Shown here in pieces: positions 40,591-51,719 of a DNA stretch of 64,000 bases. Within the stretch, counting starts at the first letter, position 1, and each line of letters starts with the position of its first letter. The translations under genes were made by a program, and so were the position numbers. The DNA is from a virus, in the IMG/VR virus record IMGVR_UViG_3300042691_015370, positions 1-64,000 of that record. One strand, 5' to 3'. Below the pieces are notes generated by a model. It saw nothing but the letters and a program-made list of their open reading frames with translations, did not search any database and was not told where the DNA came from.

Positions 40591-40869
40591 ATGAACCCTG
40601 CAAGTAGAATTAGAGTAAACCATATTCCCCAGATTCCAATGCAGGGATTCAAAGTTGACTGCAAGGATATTGATACTGCCATTCTACTTGTAGACGTTCT
40701 CTGCAAATACGATCTTTTTCAGTACGAGAATAATATCAAACCAGACTATGCCAACATTTCCATTATTGAGTACCTAGACTCTGAGGGTGAATGGTGCAGT
40801 CTCGATGATTACGAGCTTGCAGATTATCTACAGGGCGAACTGACCGTAGAAGAAATTCTATCATGGTAG
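40591..40869 (+). CDS. P22 gp17-like anti-exclusion protein
   Basis: RV.HIPQIPM..F.V...YD.FQYENNIKPDY.N matches the gp17 family signature as I recall it. Confidence 0.75.
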   Translation: MNPASRIRVNHIPQIPMQGFKVDCKDIDTAILLVDVLCKYDLFQYENNIKPDYANISIIEYLDSEGEWCSLDDYELADYLQGELTVEEILSW

Positions 40870-41314
40870 CGGCATGAGTGTAGAAGATTACCTCAACAGA
40901 ACTACATATATAGAAGTTTCTAGATCACTCCTACTGTCTCTTGTAGACACAGAAGACTGCTGGTTCGATCACCATGGTGGTTGTCAGGCTCATATGTACT
41001 TGGACTTACGGCCCGGCGAACTATGCCCACAACAGGAGCTTAAGAACATTCTAGAAGCAGAAGACGCTAGATACTATCAGGAACATAAGGACGATCCAGA
41101 AGAATGGGGTGATCCGGTTGCCGCTCAATGATGAAGATTGGAAATGGATCTGGGAACTCAATGACTATGCCGAGCTAGAGCAAGGACTGGACCCTATTGG
41201 TTCCAGCGACATCCTGCGTGACCTCACGCAATGGGCAATGACACTCAAGGAACACCCACCAGTCGAGATGGCATTCAATATTTTTTGGTCTACACACAAA
41301 GCGGACTATGGGCT

Positions 41315-41662
41315 ATGAACATTGAATTAGCTGAACCATTCTACAATCCTCGCCTCAGTCCACCATATACCTGTTTGGTCGGTGACTACATAATACTCTC
41401 AGGCAAGATCACCTCAGATGTAATACATAATTTGTATGAATTTCTGGCAAGCTCGCCCTTTATGCTCAGGGTAACCAAAACATTTTCGATAGCTGACCCA
41501 GCTAAAATAGAGTGGGAAAGCGAATTAGGTTACAAGTACAGTATAGAGATTGGCAATGCTGGCAAGCCTCTTGCGATACATAAGAAGGGTGACCTTACTA
41601 TAGGTGACACCGTAGCAAATCTATACTACTATCTAAGTGGGTTACGTGAACCAAGAAACTAA
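41315..41662 (+). CDS. Hypothetical protein, AEPFxNPR paralog 2
   Basis: MNIELAEPFYNPR; ATGA overlap. Confidence 0.65.
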   Translation: MNIELAEPFYNPRLSPPYTCLVGDYIILSGKITSDVIHNLYEFLASSPFMLRVTKTFSIADPAKIEWESELGYKYSIEIGNAGKPLAIHKKGDLTIGDTVANLYYYLSGLREPRN

Positions 41663-41794
41663 AATGTGGTACGATCTAGCCGGATGGGTTGGAGTACTCG
41701 ACTCATGGCAGCATCGTTATGAGCATTTTCCCATTCCACAAAGGTTGCGGCGATACATCTGCGATCTGTGTGACGATAGAGTCAGAGGTGACAA

Positions 41795-42340
41795 GTGAGC
41801 GAACGAACTCCAGAACTAGACGAGTTTCTGTCCCGATACGAGGCGGATCACAACGAGTGGTGGCGGATAGAGTGTGGTCACCACATGAACCTGTTTGACA
41901 TGGCAGTCGAACGTATGAAGGCAGCAGAGGACGCCACCGCCCGCTTCGGTATCCCGCTCTACGCCATGCTCGACTTGTGGATGGCACTCGGCGGCGATCC
42001 CACCGAGTTTGACCGGTGGTCGGAAGAACCTGAGATGTATCCCGTCGAGATGTGGTCGTTCCTGCTGGCCGCAGTGCGAGGCGACGATCTGACAGTGAAC
42101 CACAACCCGCCACCGGGACGCCTGCTGGACGTGGTGAACGCTAGGGCGGGGTCGGTGGACCCCGAGGGGGAGTGGCCTCCCGGTCACAGCTTCATTCCCG
42201 GTGCTGCACCCGCTGGCCTGCCCGCTCGGCCGTCGGTGTGCCCGACGTGCGGGAGCGACGACCCCCGCCATCGAAACATCATCAGGAACGAAGGCCGGTC
42301 GAGGCTTCGGTGGCACTCGATGACCTGCCCGAGCGACTAG
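41795..42340 (+). CDS. Hypothetical protein with GC-rich 3' part, possibly truncated by an amber codon
   Basis: GAGG RBS; ends CPTC...CPSD* followed in frame by H. Confidence 0.6.
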   Translation: MSERTPELDEFLSRYEADHNEWWRIECGHHMNLFDMAVERMKAAEDATARFGIPLYAMLDLWMALGGDPTEFDRWSEEPEMYPVEMWSFLLAAVRGDDLTVNHNPPPGRLLDVVNARAGSVDPEGEWPPGHSFIPGAAPAGLPARPSVCPTCGSDDPRHRNIIRNEGRSRLRWHSMTCPSD

Positions 42341-42677
42341 CACTCCCCCGACAGCATGGAGGCGTGATGAATCTCATTACTGAACTCAATGAGCTATTAG
42401 AAGACTGGTCACACCTATCAGATGACCGTGGTTACGCTTGCCGCTATATCGAAGCTGCAATCAATGAACTAACCGCTTCGTACCAAAAGATACGGGAATT
42501 GGACGAGCGTTTGGATGCCACACCCTCACAAAATACAATCAACTATTACGTTAACGCTTTAAGCCGTGCTTACGATGAGCGTGACGCCCTCAAACAAGCA
42601 ATCTTTGAGCACAAGTTCAAGGTAGAGAACTACATAACCTCTAAAAATGAGATCGTATCTCTTATTGATGAGGACCT

Positions 42678-43370
42678 ATGGGCGAATATAGAGAAGTAGA
42701 AAAGTGCATCTCTCGTAAACCCGGTGAACCTTACGTTCAGTGTGATTGCTATGCCCATGATTTTGTAGCCGAGCTACTGAATGTAGACTCAACAAGAGCC
42801 AATGGATACAAGTCTACCAAGAGCAGGGGTCTTAGTGTTGTTGACGCTAACGGCAAGGCTATCACTGATCCTAGGAAGCGACAGGCAGCTATAGAGCAAG
42901 CCTTTGCCCATCCACCTAGGCCACGCAAACCCAAGGAACCTATTGCTGGGCAACCAACCATTGATCTCACAGAGGCTCGGCTACGCCCTGAACTGCCACA
43001 ACCCGAGGACAGCGACTGGGACCTTTTACCTGTCGCTCGTAAACCAAACCTTGATCTAGAGGTAGCTGAATACTACGAGCGTGCTGGCTACGGCGTAGAA
43101 AAGATTTACGAACTCGGTAAGGCTGAGCCAGTAGATGTAATATACGAATTGCCACCTTATCTTGTGGCTGCCGGTGGAGAGTTCAGTATTCATGGACAAG
43201 CAAATGAAGCAACCCAGTTATTGTATAAGCGCAATGGACGTGCTGTCAGAAGACTACTCCCGACCGATCCAGATCGCTTTGAGCAAGTGGCTAGAGATAT
43301 GATAAAGGAAATGGATCTAGCCGAGCAATTGGTTGAAACAATGATCCCACTGCAAAACGAATGGAGATAA
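42678..43370 (+). CDS. Hypothetical protein
   Basis: 230-aa ORF; GAGG RBS. Confidence 0.7.
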   Translation: MGEYREVEKCISRKPGEPYVQCDCYAHDFVAELLNVDSTRANGYKSTKSRGLSVVDANGKAITDPRKRQAAIEQAFAHPPRPRKPKEPIAGQPTIDLTEARLRPELPQPEDSDWDLLPVARKPNLDLEVAEYYERAGYGVEKIYELGKAEPVDVIYELPPYLVAAGGEFSIHGQANEATQLLYKRNGRAVRRLLPTDPDRFEQVARDMIKEMDLAEQLVETMIPLQNEWR

Positions 43371-43920
43371 GGTCGCTATGATTGTTTGTGTTCGCCACAA
43401 GATTCTCGGTATGCTACCGTGGCACACCCGCTGGCACGTTCATCTTGAAAAGGAAACGATGGCAGTTGGCACTGATGACTACAAAATTATCTTTGAGCTT
43501 CAGGAGTGGGCCAAAGATAAGCTGTTCTGGGAAGTGGAGATCTTCGAATGAGAGTTGATGTAATTTCAGTTGCCACGCCGCAAGGTTTGTTCCGGGCGAT
43601 CTGCCCTACGTTCTCTGGTCAGAACTGTATGGATATGGTCAACGCTCTGGTTGAGTGCATCGGTAGAGTAAACCTGCAAGACACGGAGTGGCGTGGAGCT
43701 ATCTACGTAATGCCAGACTACCTGCGACCGAGAAAGCGATACGAGTATCCTCTCAGTGGAGTGTTCCTTTACCCATGGGTAACACGGAACCAGAAGTCAG
43801 CACTCAATCCTCATGCTATGCTAGAAAAGCATGATCAAGAGTCAGTCTGGAACGATCCCAGAAAGCGCTACACAATCCCAAGTCATCGTACATTTATCAT
43901 GCGGCCAAGAGGATGGATTC

Positions 43921-44244
43921 ATGGTTCAGATAGCTCAACCATTTGAGAAGCCACGAAGAGGTTGGGTTGCTCTCAATAACTGCTGGGAACTGCGTGACAT
44001 GGATGGACCAATGTCACGTAAGGATGTGGAAGAGTTGCGCCGACTTCTACATAACCTTGGTTTTTTGGTTGAGTGGACCGACGATCATCGTGGCCTTACT
44101 CTTCACTGGGTTACTAAAGATAAGCATCTCTTAAATCTCGGACAAAGATCAAGCTTTTATCGGGGAGAAACCCTCCGACTGTCCGATAATGGTACTGTTG
44201 AGATAGTAGTGGCACGTATTGATCTGCCACAAAGACAGTTTTAG
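43921..44244 (+). CDS. Hypothetical protein, AEPFxNPR paralog 3
   Basis: MVQIAQPFEKPR; last gene of the + arm, with its stop overlapping the stop of the - arm. Confidence 0.6.
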   Translation: MVQIAQPFEKPRRGWVALNNCWELRDMDGPMSRKDVEELRRLLHNLGFLVEWTDDHRGLTLHWVTKDKHLLNLGQRSSFYRGETLRLSDNGTVEIVVARIDLPQRQF

Positions 44245-44567
44245 CCATACTTCCTCTGAAGTCGCTCAAGCTCCTTGAGTTCAGCCTCACGCTTGGCTTC
44301 ACGACGTTGCTTAGCTTCGGCACGCTTCTTGGCTCTAGCCTTCTTGGCCTTTTCTTTCTCGGCCTCTGTCATAGGGCGGTCACCAAAGATTGGGTAGATG
44401 TAGGTGTGGTCCTGAATCCAATCCTGTTCAATACGCAGATTCAACCAGCCTCCCTCAATCAACTCGTCACTGAGGTTCTCAATGTTGGCAAGCGTTTCTT
44501 CAATCGTCTCACCGATAAGTTCGGCAAGATCTTCATGCGCTTTGTCTGCAATGTATTCGTTAGGCAC
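44241..44567 (-). CDS. Hypothetical protein with basic helical C-terminus
   Basis: Coupled to recA. Confidence 0.7.
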   Translation of the reverse strand: MPNEYIADKAHEDLAELIGETIEETLANIENLSDELIEGGWLNLRIEQDWIQDHTYIYPIFGDRPMTEAEKEKAKKARAKKRAEAKQRREAKREAELKELERLQRKYG

Positions 44568-45522
44568 GGATAGCCTCCATCAGAGAGTTGAACAGGGTAT
44601 CATCAGCACGGAGACAGTCAAGTGCAGCAGGCTTACCCTGCACCTTTTCACCAGTCGTCTTGAACGTGTACCATGCACCACCACGTTCCACTAGACCAGC
44701 ATCAACAGCAAGGTCCAGTAGTGTTGACTCATTGCTGACACCCGTTTCGTACAGGATGTCGAACGTTGCTGTTTTATATGGTGCGCCAGAGCGATGCTTG
44801 ACTGACTTGACCTTAACGGTCTGGCCGATAATGTCCTCACCCTGCTTCACAGCGCCGATGCGAGCAACCTCTAGACGAGTGGAGCACCAGAACTTCAGGG
44901 CGTTACCGCCAGTTGACTCGCTCTGTGGACCGTAGCCCATAGAGCCGATCTTCTCTCGGATCTGGTTCACCCAAATGATAATAACGTCAGACTGCTGACG
45001 ACGGATCATCTCGGTTCCAAGCTTTCTGGTGGCCTGTGACAGCAGACGTGCCACGAGTCCGACGTGAGAGTCACCGAAGTCTCCTTCGATCTCTGCTCTT
45101 GGCGTGAGGCCAGCCACAGAGTCAACCACAATGGCGACAAGATCGTCAGCGACACTGACCTCTTCCATGAGTTCAAAGGTTCGTTCCGCTGTGTCGGGCT
45201 GGGCAAACCACAGTTCATTTAGATTCACGCCAGAGGTTTCGGCAACATGAGGGTCAAGGGCACCCTCAAGGTCAATCAGTAGACATTTACCACGCTTCTG
45301 CGCTTCACCTAGGAACTGCATGGAGATAGATGTCTTGCCGCCACCGGGTCTACCATACAACTCAACCCACTGACCTACCGCAAAGCCACCACTGAGAATA
45401 TCATCAAGTGCTAGTACCCCTGATGGAATCCTCTCAACATCCATCACCTGATCTTCAAGGGTCATCAGTGCGCCTGCATGCACCTTGTTGATCTTCTTCT
45501 GGATTTCATTCATTGTTGGCAT
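44560..45522 (-). CDS. recA: RecA recombinase
   Basis: SG..ALD..L.GG, E.YG.PGGGKTS, IDLE.ALD, QPD.AE, VDSVA.L.PRAEIEG, NQIREKIG, GGNALKF, GAWY. Confidence 0.97.
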   Translation of the reverse strand: MPTMNEIQKKINKVHAGALMTLEDQVMDVERIPSGVLALDDILSGGFAVGQWVELYGRPGGGKTSISMQFLGEAQKRGKCLLIDLEGALDPHVAETSGVNLNELWFAQPDTAERTFELMEEVSVADDLVAIVVDSVAGLTPRAEIEGDFGDSHVGLVARLLSQATRKLGTEMIRRQQSDVIIIWVNQIREKIGSMGYGPQSESTGGNALKFWCSTRLEVARIGAVKQGEDIIGQTVKVKSVKHRSGAPYKTATFDILYETGVSNESTLLDLAVDAGLVERGGAWYTFKTTGEKVQGKPAALDCLRADDTLFNSLMEAIRA

Positions 45523-45980
45523 TGCGTGATCTTTCTTCTAGAGTGAGGAATGGAAGGTCTGGTCGCATTCTCTTGGTGGCATCTTCAATCATACCACCAG
45601 TATAGTTTGTGGCAACATACTTGAACTCAGCGTGACAACCTTCAGAGCCAGAGTCAATGCTGTACTCTATGATGGTGTCGTGGTGGGTTTCTCGGGGGTC
45701 CGCTCCCCGGCCACAAGAGCCACAGGTAGAGCGGGTGGGGTCGATGAACAAAACTGCTTCATGCATGCCCCAATTATACCACATCGTCTGGATGATCTTC
45801 GATCAGAAAGTGGTGTGGCGGGATCAAACCGTGGTTTCTGAGCGCTTCCCACGAGCATTCGCTTCGCTGTTGCCAGACTGCACAGGGCCAAGAGTGGAAA
45901 GGAGTGCTGCGCCAAAGATGGTACAACACGTTGTTGTGGAGATAGTCTCTAAGTTCTTCAACGGGGACTTCTTCCATGCA

Positions 45981-48900
45981 CTATTTACGACCAGCAAACT
46001 CCTTAAATAGATTTCTGACATCTTCAACCAACTCATCCGATGGATCTACAGCAATACCATCTGGCAACTGTAGTTTTGTGGACTTACTGACATACAATAG
46101 TACCCCAGTATTCCCATAATGGCTGAGTAGAACGCCCTTGAGTTTAGAGATTGCGCCGTCATCTTGAGCGAAACCCTGCGGCAGATAGAAACTGATGTAA
46201 TGTTCTAACATATCTTCTTCAGCGTTCTCGTTGATTTGTGCGAAGTGCGTGACAATATAGTTACGTTCACCATCATAACTCGTACCTACCTTGAGTGTGA
46301 CGATACCAAGCTCACCTTCCACCAAGTGAGATTTCTTGTATGCTTGCGGGAAACAGACGGTATCCAAATATCCTGTCTGATCACTCACTGTCAGGTTCGC
46401 CATCTTGGCACCCTGTTTAGTGTAACGTGTTTTTAGATCAGTGATATGTACCAGCACCTTACCCTGTTCACCGATGGGCATTTCCTCAAGGTCGTTCACC
46501 GTTACTCCGGTAGCCTGAGCGGTGTACTCATCTAGAGGGTGGCCGGTCACATAGATTCCGATAGCTTGCCGCTCGTTCTCCAACAAGATACGTGGCGGAA
46601 ACTCTTGCTTGGGGATCTTCACGTCCCACATTTCGTTACTGTCAAAGAGGGACTCCTGTCCCTTCTTGACCTTTTTTGCTACCTTGCGGTTCTGGTTGAT
46701 CACATCACCAGCTACAGAGTGTACGCCTAGACGTGTACCAAACTTCTCAAACGCACCAGCCAACGCCAGTGTCTCAACCTGAGGAACCTTGGGACGGATT
46801 CTCTGAATGAAGTCGATGAGGCTGGAGTAGGGACCATTCTCTTTACGTTCATTGACAATCTTCTCGGCAAACTCAACACCAATACTCTTGACCGCCGCAA
46901 GACCTGTACGAATCCCCTCGTCAGTAGCGGTGAAATAGGCGTTTGATGAGTTGATGTCAGGTGACAACACCTGAATTCCCATGGTCCGGGCCTCGTTCAT
47001 GAACACCGCAGCCTTCTCAATCTTGTCCACCACGGACGAGCAAAGAGCAGCCATGTATTCCTTCGGGTAGTTAGCCTTCAGGAACGCTGTTTGATACGAG
47101 ATGTATGCATATCCGTATGCATGTGACTTATTGAAGGAGTACGCCGCAAAGGCTTCAATCATATCGAAGAGTTGCTTGGCAAGTTCGGCCGTGTATCCGT
47201 TGTCGATACAGCCCTGTGTGAACTTGTCTCGCTCGGTCGCCATCTTGTCACGGAGTTTCTTGCCGATGATCTTACGGATACCATCAGCTTCTACCAGTGT
47301 GTAACCAGCAAAGCGGCGTGCGATCTCCATTACCTGCTCTTGGTAGATCATCAGCCCATAAGTAGAACTGAGTATCTCTTTGGCGTCATCATGGAAGAAG
47401 GTGACTGGCTCCCGACCGTTCTTCCTATCTGCATAATCCAAGTGCATGTCCGAGGCCATTGGACCGGGACGATACAGCGCAACTACAGCAGCGATGTCGT
47501 CTATTGAATTGGGTTGCAGTCTCTGCAACAGGCTACGCATAGGTGGAGACTCAAGCTGGAACACTCCAATCGTCTTGCCTTCTCTCAACAGGTTGAAGGT
47601 ATCGAAATCATCAAAGGCCGTGTTCTGGATGCCGGGGTCTTCCCCAAGGATTTCGATGGTGTCACTGATAACGTCTAGGTTGCGTAGACCTAGATAGTCC
47701 ATCTTCAGTAGACCAAGATCCTCAATAGTGTTCTTTTCGTACTGGGTGACGATAGGACCATCAGGTTTGCGCTGGATGGGAATGTAGTCAGTGAGATCAG
47801 TCGGTGTAATCACCACAGCAGCAGCATGTACGCTGTCCTGACGCACCAGATCTTCCAGACCTTTTGCCACGTCCACAATCTGCTTGACCTCAGGGTCAGC
47901 AGCATACATTTGACGTAGCTCTTCTGCGTTCTGGTAACCTGTCTCATAGCGTGGGTTGAGTTCGAAGCACGCATTCAGTGGGGTTGACTCACCCATCACA
48001 AGACCGGGCATGGCTTTAGCTACCTTGTCGCCCGCAGAGGGTGGTAGTCCTAGCACTCTACTCGCATCTCTCACCGCAGCACGGGCACGGATACGTGAGA
48101 ACGTGATGATCTGAGCTACACGATTGGTGCCATACTTATCAATCGTGTACTTGATGAGCATGTCTCGGTATCGTGTATCGAAATCAAGATCGATATCTGG
48201 CAGAGCAATACGTGATGGATTCAGGAACCGCTCAAAGAGCAGCCCGTGACGCATTGGATCAACCCGAGTGATGTCCATGCAGTAGGCGACCAGTGATCCA
48301 GCAGCAGAACCACGAGCAGGACCACGACGAATGTTGTTTCGGTCAGCGAACTTGACGAGATCCCACACGATCAGGAAGTAGGAGGCCAGACCGAGCGTGT
48401 CGATGACCGATAGCTCATAGGCGAGTCGATTTGCGCTTTCCTCTGAGACGCTCCCATATCGCTTCTGGAGGCCCCTTTGGGAAAGATGGGTCAGGTATGC
48501 GATGGGTGTCTCAAAGCCCTCTGGAGGGGCATAGAAGGGCAAATGGAGGGTATCGAAGTCGATGTTGACGTTCGCCCGCTCACCGATGAGCAGCGTATTG
48601 TCACAAGCCTCAGGAATCTCACTGAACAGATACCTCATTTCCTCTGCTGTCTTGAGGTAATGCTGATCAGACTGGAACTTGAACCGCTTCTCGTCACTGA
48701 TCTTGCTATGTGTTTGTACACATAAAAGAGCATCGTGCGCTACGTGGTCGTCGTGATGCACATAGTGGCAATCATTCGCAACGATGGTGGGTGCGTCAAG
48801 TGCCCGTGAAATCTCAATAAGCTGAGGGTTCGTCTTAGCCTGCTCAGGGATACCATGATCCTGAAGCTCAATGAAGAAGTTGTCCTTGCCCACAATCTCC

Positions 48901-49412
48901 TGAAGTCGAGCAGCAGACTTCAACGCATACTCGTAGTTGTCGTGCAGCAAATACTGCAACACAGGGCCACCCAGACAGCCAGAAGTGACAATCAAACCCT
49001 CAGAGTGACGAGCTAGATTGTCCCAATCGGCACGAGGCTTGTAGTAGAAGCCCTCTAGATACGATTCAGACGACAACTTCAACAGGTTGCGGTAGCCTGC
49101 ATCGTTTTCAGCCAGCACCGTCAAATGGTAGTAACGCTTGTCCGACCCGTCGATCTCTGCGGTGTCAGCACGAGCACCCTTTTCATTGATGTCGTCACAG
49201 AAGTAAGACTCAATACCCAGCACAGGGTTGATGTCATACTTCTTACAGGTGCGATAGAAATCAATCAAACCATACAGGTTACCATGATCAGTGATCGCAA
49301 GTGCTGGTTGACCGTCAGCCACCGCTGCCTTGACGAGTGGCTCAATCTTTGCAGCGCCATCCAACAGGCTGTAGCTCGTGTGGTTGTGGAGATGAACGAT
49401 ACTATCAGTCAT
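45981..49412 (-). CDS. dnaE: DNA polymerase III alpha subunit
   Basis: PHP HLHNHT.YSLLDG and TDHGN, RGSAAGS, FERFLNP.R..LPDIDLD, HAA.VVI, KMDYLGL, FNKSH, OB fold; clamp-binding QESLF. Confidence 0.98.
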   Translation of the reverse strand: MTDSIVHLHNHTSYSLLDGAAKIEPLVKAAVADGQPALAITDHGNLYGLIDFYRTCKKYDINPVLGIESYFCDDINEKGARADTAEIDGSDKRYYHLTVLAENDAGYRNLLKLSSESYLEGFYYKPRADWDNLARHSEGLIVTSGCLGGPVLQYLLHDNYEYALKSAARLQEIVGKDNFFIELQDHGIPEQAKTNPQLIEISRALDAPTIVANDCHYVHHDDHVAHDALLCVQTHSKISDEKRFKFQSDQHYLKTAEEMRYLFSEIPEACDNTLLIGERANVNIDFDTLHLPFYAPPEGFETPIAYLTHLSQRGLQKRYGSVSEESANRLAYELSVIDTLGLASYFLIVWDLVKFADRNNIRRGPARGSAAGSLVAYCMDITRVDPMRHGLLFERFLNPSRIALPDIDLDFDTRYRDMLIKYTIDKYGTNRVAQIITFSRIRARAAVRDASRVLGLPPSAGDKVAKAMPGLVMGESTPLNACFELNPRYETGYQNAEELRQMYAADPEVKQIVDVAKGLEDLVRQDSVHAAAVVITPTDLTDYIPIQRKPDGPIVTQYEKNTIEDLGLLKMDYLGLRNLDVISDTIEILGEDPGIQNTAFDDFDTFNLLREGKTIGVFQLESPPMRSLLQRLQPNSIDDIAAVVALYRPGPMASDMHLDYADRKNGREPVTFFHDDAKEILSSTYGLMIYQEQVMEIARRFAGYTLVEADGIRKIIGKKLRDKMATERDKFTQGCIDNGYTAELAKQLFDMIEAFAAYSFNKSHAYGYAYISYQTAFLKANYPKEYMAALCSSVVDKIEKAAVFMNEARTMGIQVLSPDINSSNAYFTATDEGIRTGLAAVKSIGVEFAEKIVNERKENGPYSSLIDFIQRIRPKVPQVETLALAGAFEKFGTRLGVHSVAGDVINQNRKVAKKVKKGQESLFDSNEMWDVKIPKQEFPPRILLENERQAIGIYVTGHPLDEYTAQATGVTVNDLEEMPIGEQGKVLVHITDLKTRYTKQGAKMANLTVSDQTGYLDTVCFPQAYKKSHLVEGELGIVTLKVGTSYDGERNYIVTHFAQINENAEEDMLEHYISFYLPQGFAQDDGAISKLKGVLLSHYGNTGVLLYVSKSTKLQLPDGIAVDPSDELVEDVRNLFKEFAGRK

Positions 49413-50534
49413 TTACAAAACCTACCCTTTGCGTCACGTTTAGGAACTTCCCCATTACCTCTACAGTAATAGCAGTCAGTTATACCCCAGCCTGAATCCT
49501 GTAGTCCTGAACCACGACACGATGAACAGGTTTCATAGCTCATGAACCAACCCCATGAGATGCGAGTGTAGTAGCAATACTAGTCTGTAGGTGGTCCATG
49601 ATGTCGGTCCACGCCTCATAGATAGCTGCATCAGCTACCTTGCGGTTGGTTTCTGGGTCGCCGGAGTACAGCGTAGCGGCTTGGTTCGCCCAATACTGTT
49701 GATTCTTCATGATAAAATCAACAACGTCCTCAACCAACTCCTTGACGAGCGGGCCATTTGTAGCAGTATGCAATTCAGTCATCTAGCTTCATCCAATCAA
49801 AGTTTTCCCAGACCCTCTGAACATAATACTCGCTGAGATGCGAGAACTCTTCGGGCAAAGTTACACAGCATTGGCAATCATCAAGGCAATCTACAAGCTG
49901 TTCCCATGTCATGCCAAGCTTGTCCAACTCAGCTTGCCGAAGCCGACGCATCTCATCACGATCCAACTTCACTACCCTAATTTGTTCACTCACTGGTCGG
50001 CATCCAAGTCAACTCGTCGGTATCTTACGCCCTGAAATGAGGCCAGTGCAGATTCTCTCCACCCCTCAAGCTCGCTGGCGCATTCCTCTAGAGTCTCGAT
50101 AACGTTAGACCATCCATATTCATCAGAGTCTTTCAACTCAGCAATGGCTCTTTCGATTTTTTGTTCAAGATTCTTCATTTGTTCTCACTGAGTCTATGGC
50201 GGAATTTGTCAAAGAGAAAATATTAACTACAGTATTAGTACCAACCTCATTCTCTAAACGCATCGCTAACCTCTCAATGGCTGCGGCCAAACATTCCACA
50301 GCGTGCTCCACATCTTGGTCATTCTTCATCGGTACTCCATTGTTCTCATAAGAAGATCACGCTCCTGATTACGCTGGCAAATCTCTCTGTACTCATGATG
50401 CTCCCCGCCGAAGCCGCACGTACAAGGAGTATCATTAGTAATGTGCTCAGACAGAACCTCCATCACCCTGCTCAGCGTGGTGCTGATGTCGTTCACTCTC
50501 TCAACAAGTTCGTAGTAATCATCGTAATCAACCA

Positions 50535-51063
50535 TCACGGACCATCCAATACAATGTCGTTAGAGATAGAGCCGGGTGGAATATGGAACTCGTAACGAAG
50601 AGTCTCGCTCCATTTATCACACTGGATGGGAGTCTTGTAGTACCACAGGTACCAACCCGGTTCGATATCGTCCACAGTGCAGACCATCTCCATGTATGTA
50701 GGGATTCTCTGGCCTATCCTCTACGATGAATACCTTGTCTGCATCAACTTGTTCCAGACGCTTCACTCCACGGTCGCTAGTGTAGAAGCTGAACACAGCC
50801 TTGTCCTCTAGGTATCCACCGAACAAACTCCACCGTGCTTCAGTGCTGGAACCGTCTGTCATCATAATGATATCGGTCTTGCGTTCAACGTGACGAGCCT
50901 CGTCAGCAGAGCCTGCAACCAACATGCACATAATAGCAAAAGCGAAGGTGTACGCAATAGCAAAGAACAATGCAAAGAAAATACCCTCCCAGTAACCAGT
51001 ACGCACACGGACATAAATGATGATACCAAAGAAGAGTAGTACACCCAAGATAGCAGGAATCAT
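50535..51063 (-). pseudogene. Two-TM membrane protein frameshifted by a 4-bp duplication
   Basis: TACA-TACA at 50693-50700; removing one copy fuses the frames to ...YEFHIPPGSISNDIVLDGP*, whose stop overlaps the next start (GTGA). Confidence 0.75.
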
Positions 51064-51067
51064 GATC

Positions 51068-51253
51068 TCACCACTGAACCGAGATCTCTGGTTCGGCCTT
51101 GTTAAAGAAGATGCTATCCGCAATGCTTTCGCAGTCACCACGGTTAACATAACCCTCGCCACTGGTGGCTACAACCCGTCCATTGGACGAAACCAAACGC
51201 CACCGGAACTCGCCAGCATCATCTTCGTAAAACTCTAGCTTAAATCTATCCAT
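51068..51253 (-). CDS. DUF1508/YegP-like protein
   Basis: FYEDDAGEFRWRLVSSNGRVVATSGEGY. Confidence 0.85.
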   Translation of the reverse strand: MDRFKLEFYEDDAGEFRWRLVSSNGRVVATSGEGYVNRGDCESIADSIFFNKAEPEISVQW

Positions 51254-51719
51254 TTTATTTCTCCATAATCCATTCTCTAGTTCCGTGACGACACCGCCAC
51301 GGGAGATCCACATATCAATCATTGGGCTGAAGAATCTGATGAATCTTGGTCCAAGAACCGGGAGAGTAGTGAGCAACAGTCTCACTCTTGCGTTCGATAC
51401 GAACACTGCCATCACAGTTATCGACAACCATCGAACAGTTGTCGTGGGTATCGACAGTGTGATTATCATTCAGATAAACGAGGATTGTGTTCTTCATACC
51501 TTCTCCGGGTGACTTAGATGAAACTTCAGTTCTTCCTCTGCCCAGTTGAGCAGTTCAATCAACGAGTTATCAGTCTTGTCATTCACCAAAGCCCAACCAT
51601 AGTCTGTGATCTTCTCAACCTCAGCGCACCACTCGTCATGGTATCTAAACACGTTGACTCGATGTTCTGCTGCGCTAGACGAAAGCTCGCCCTGCAAGTA
51701 GTTACTCACAAAATGCCAC

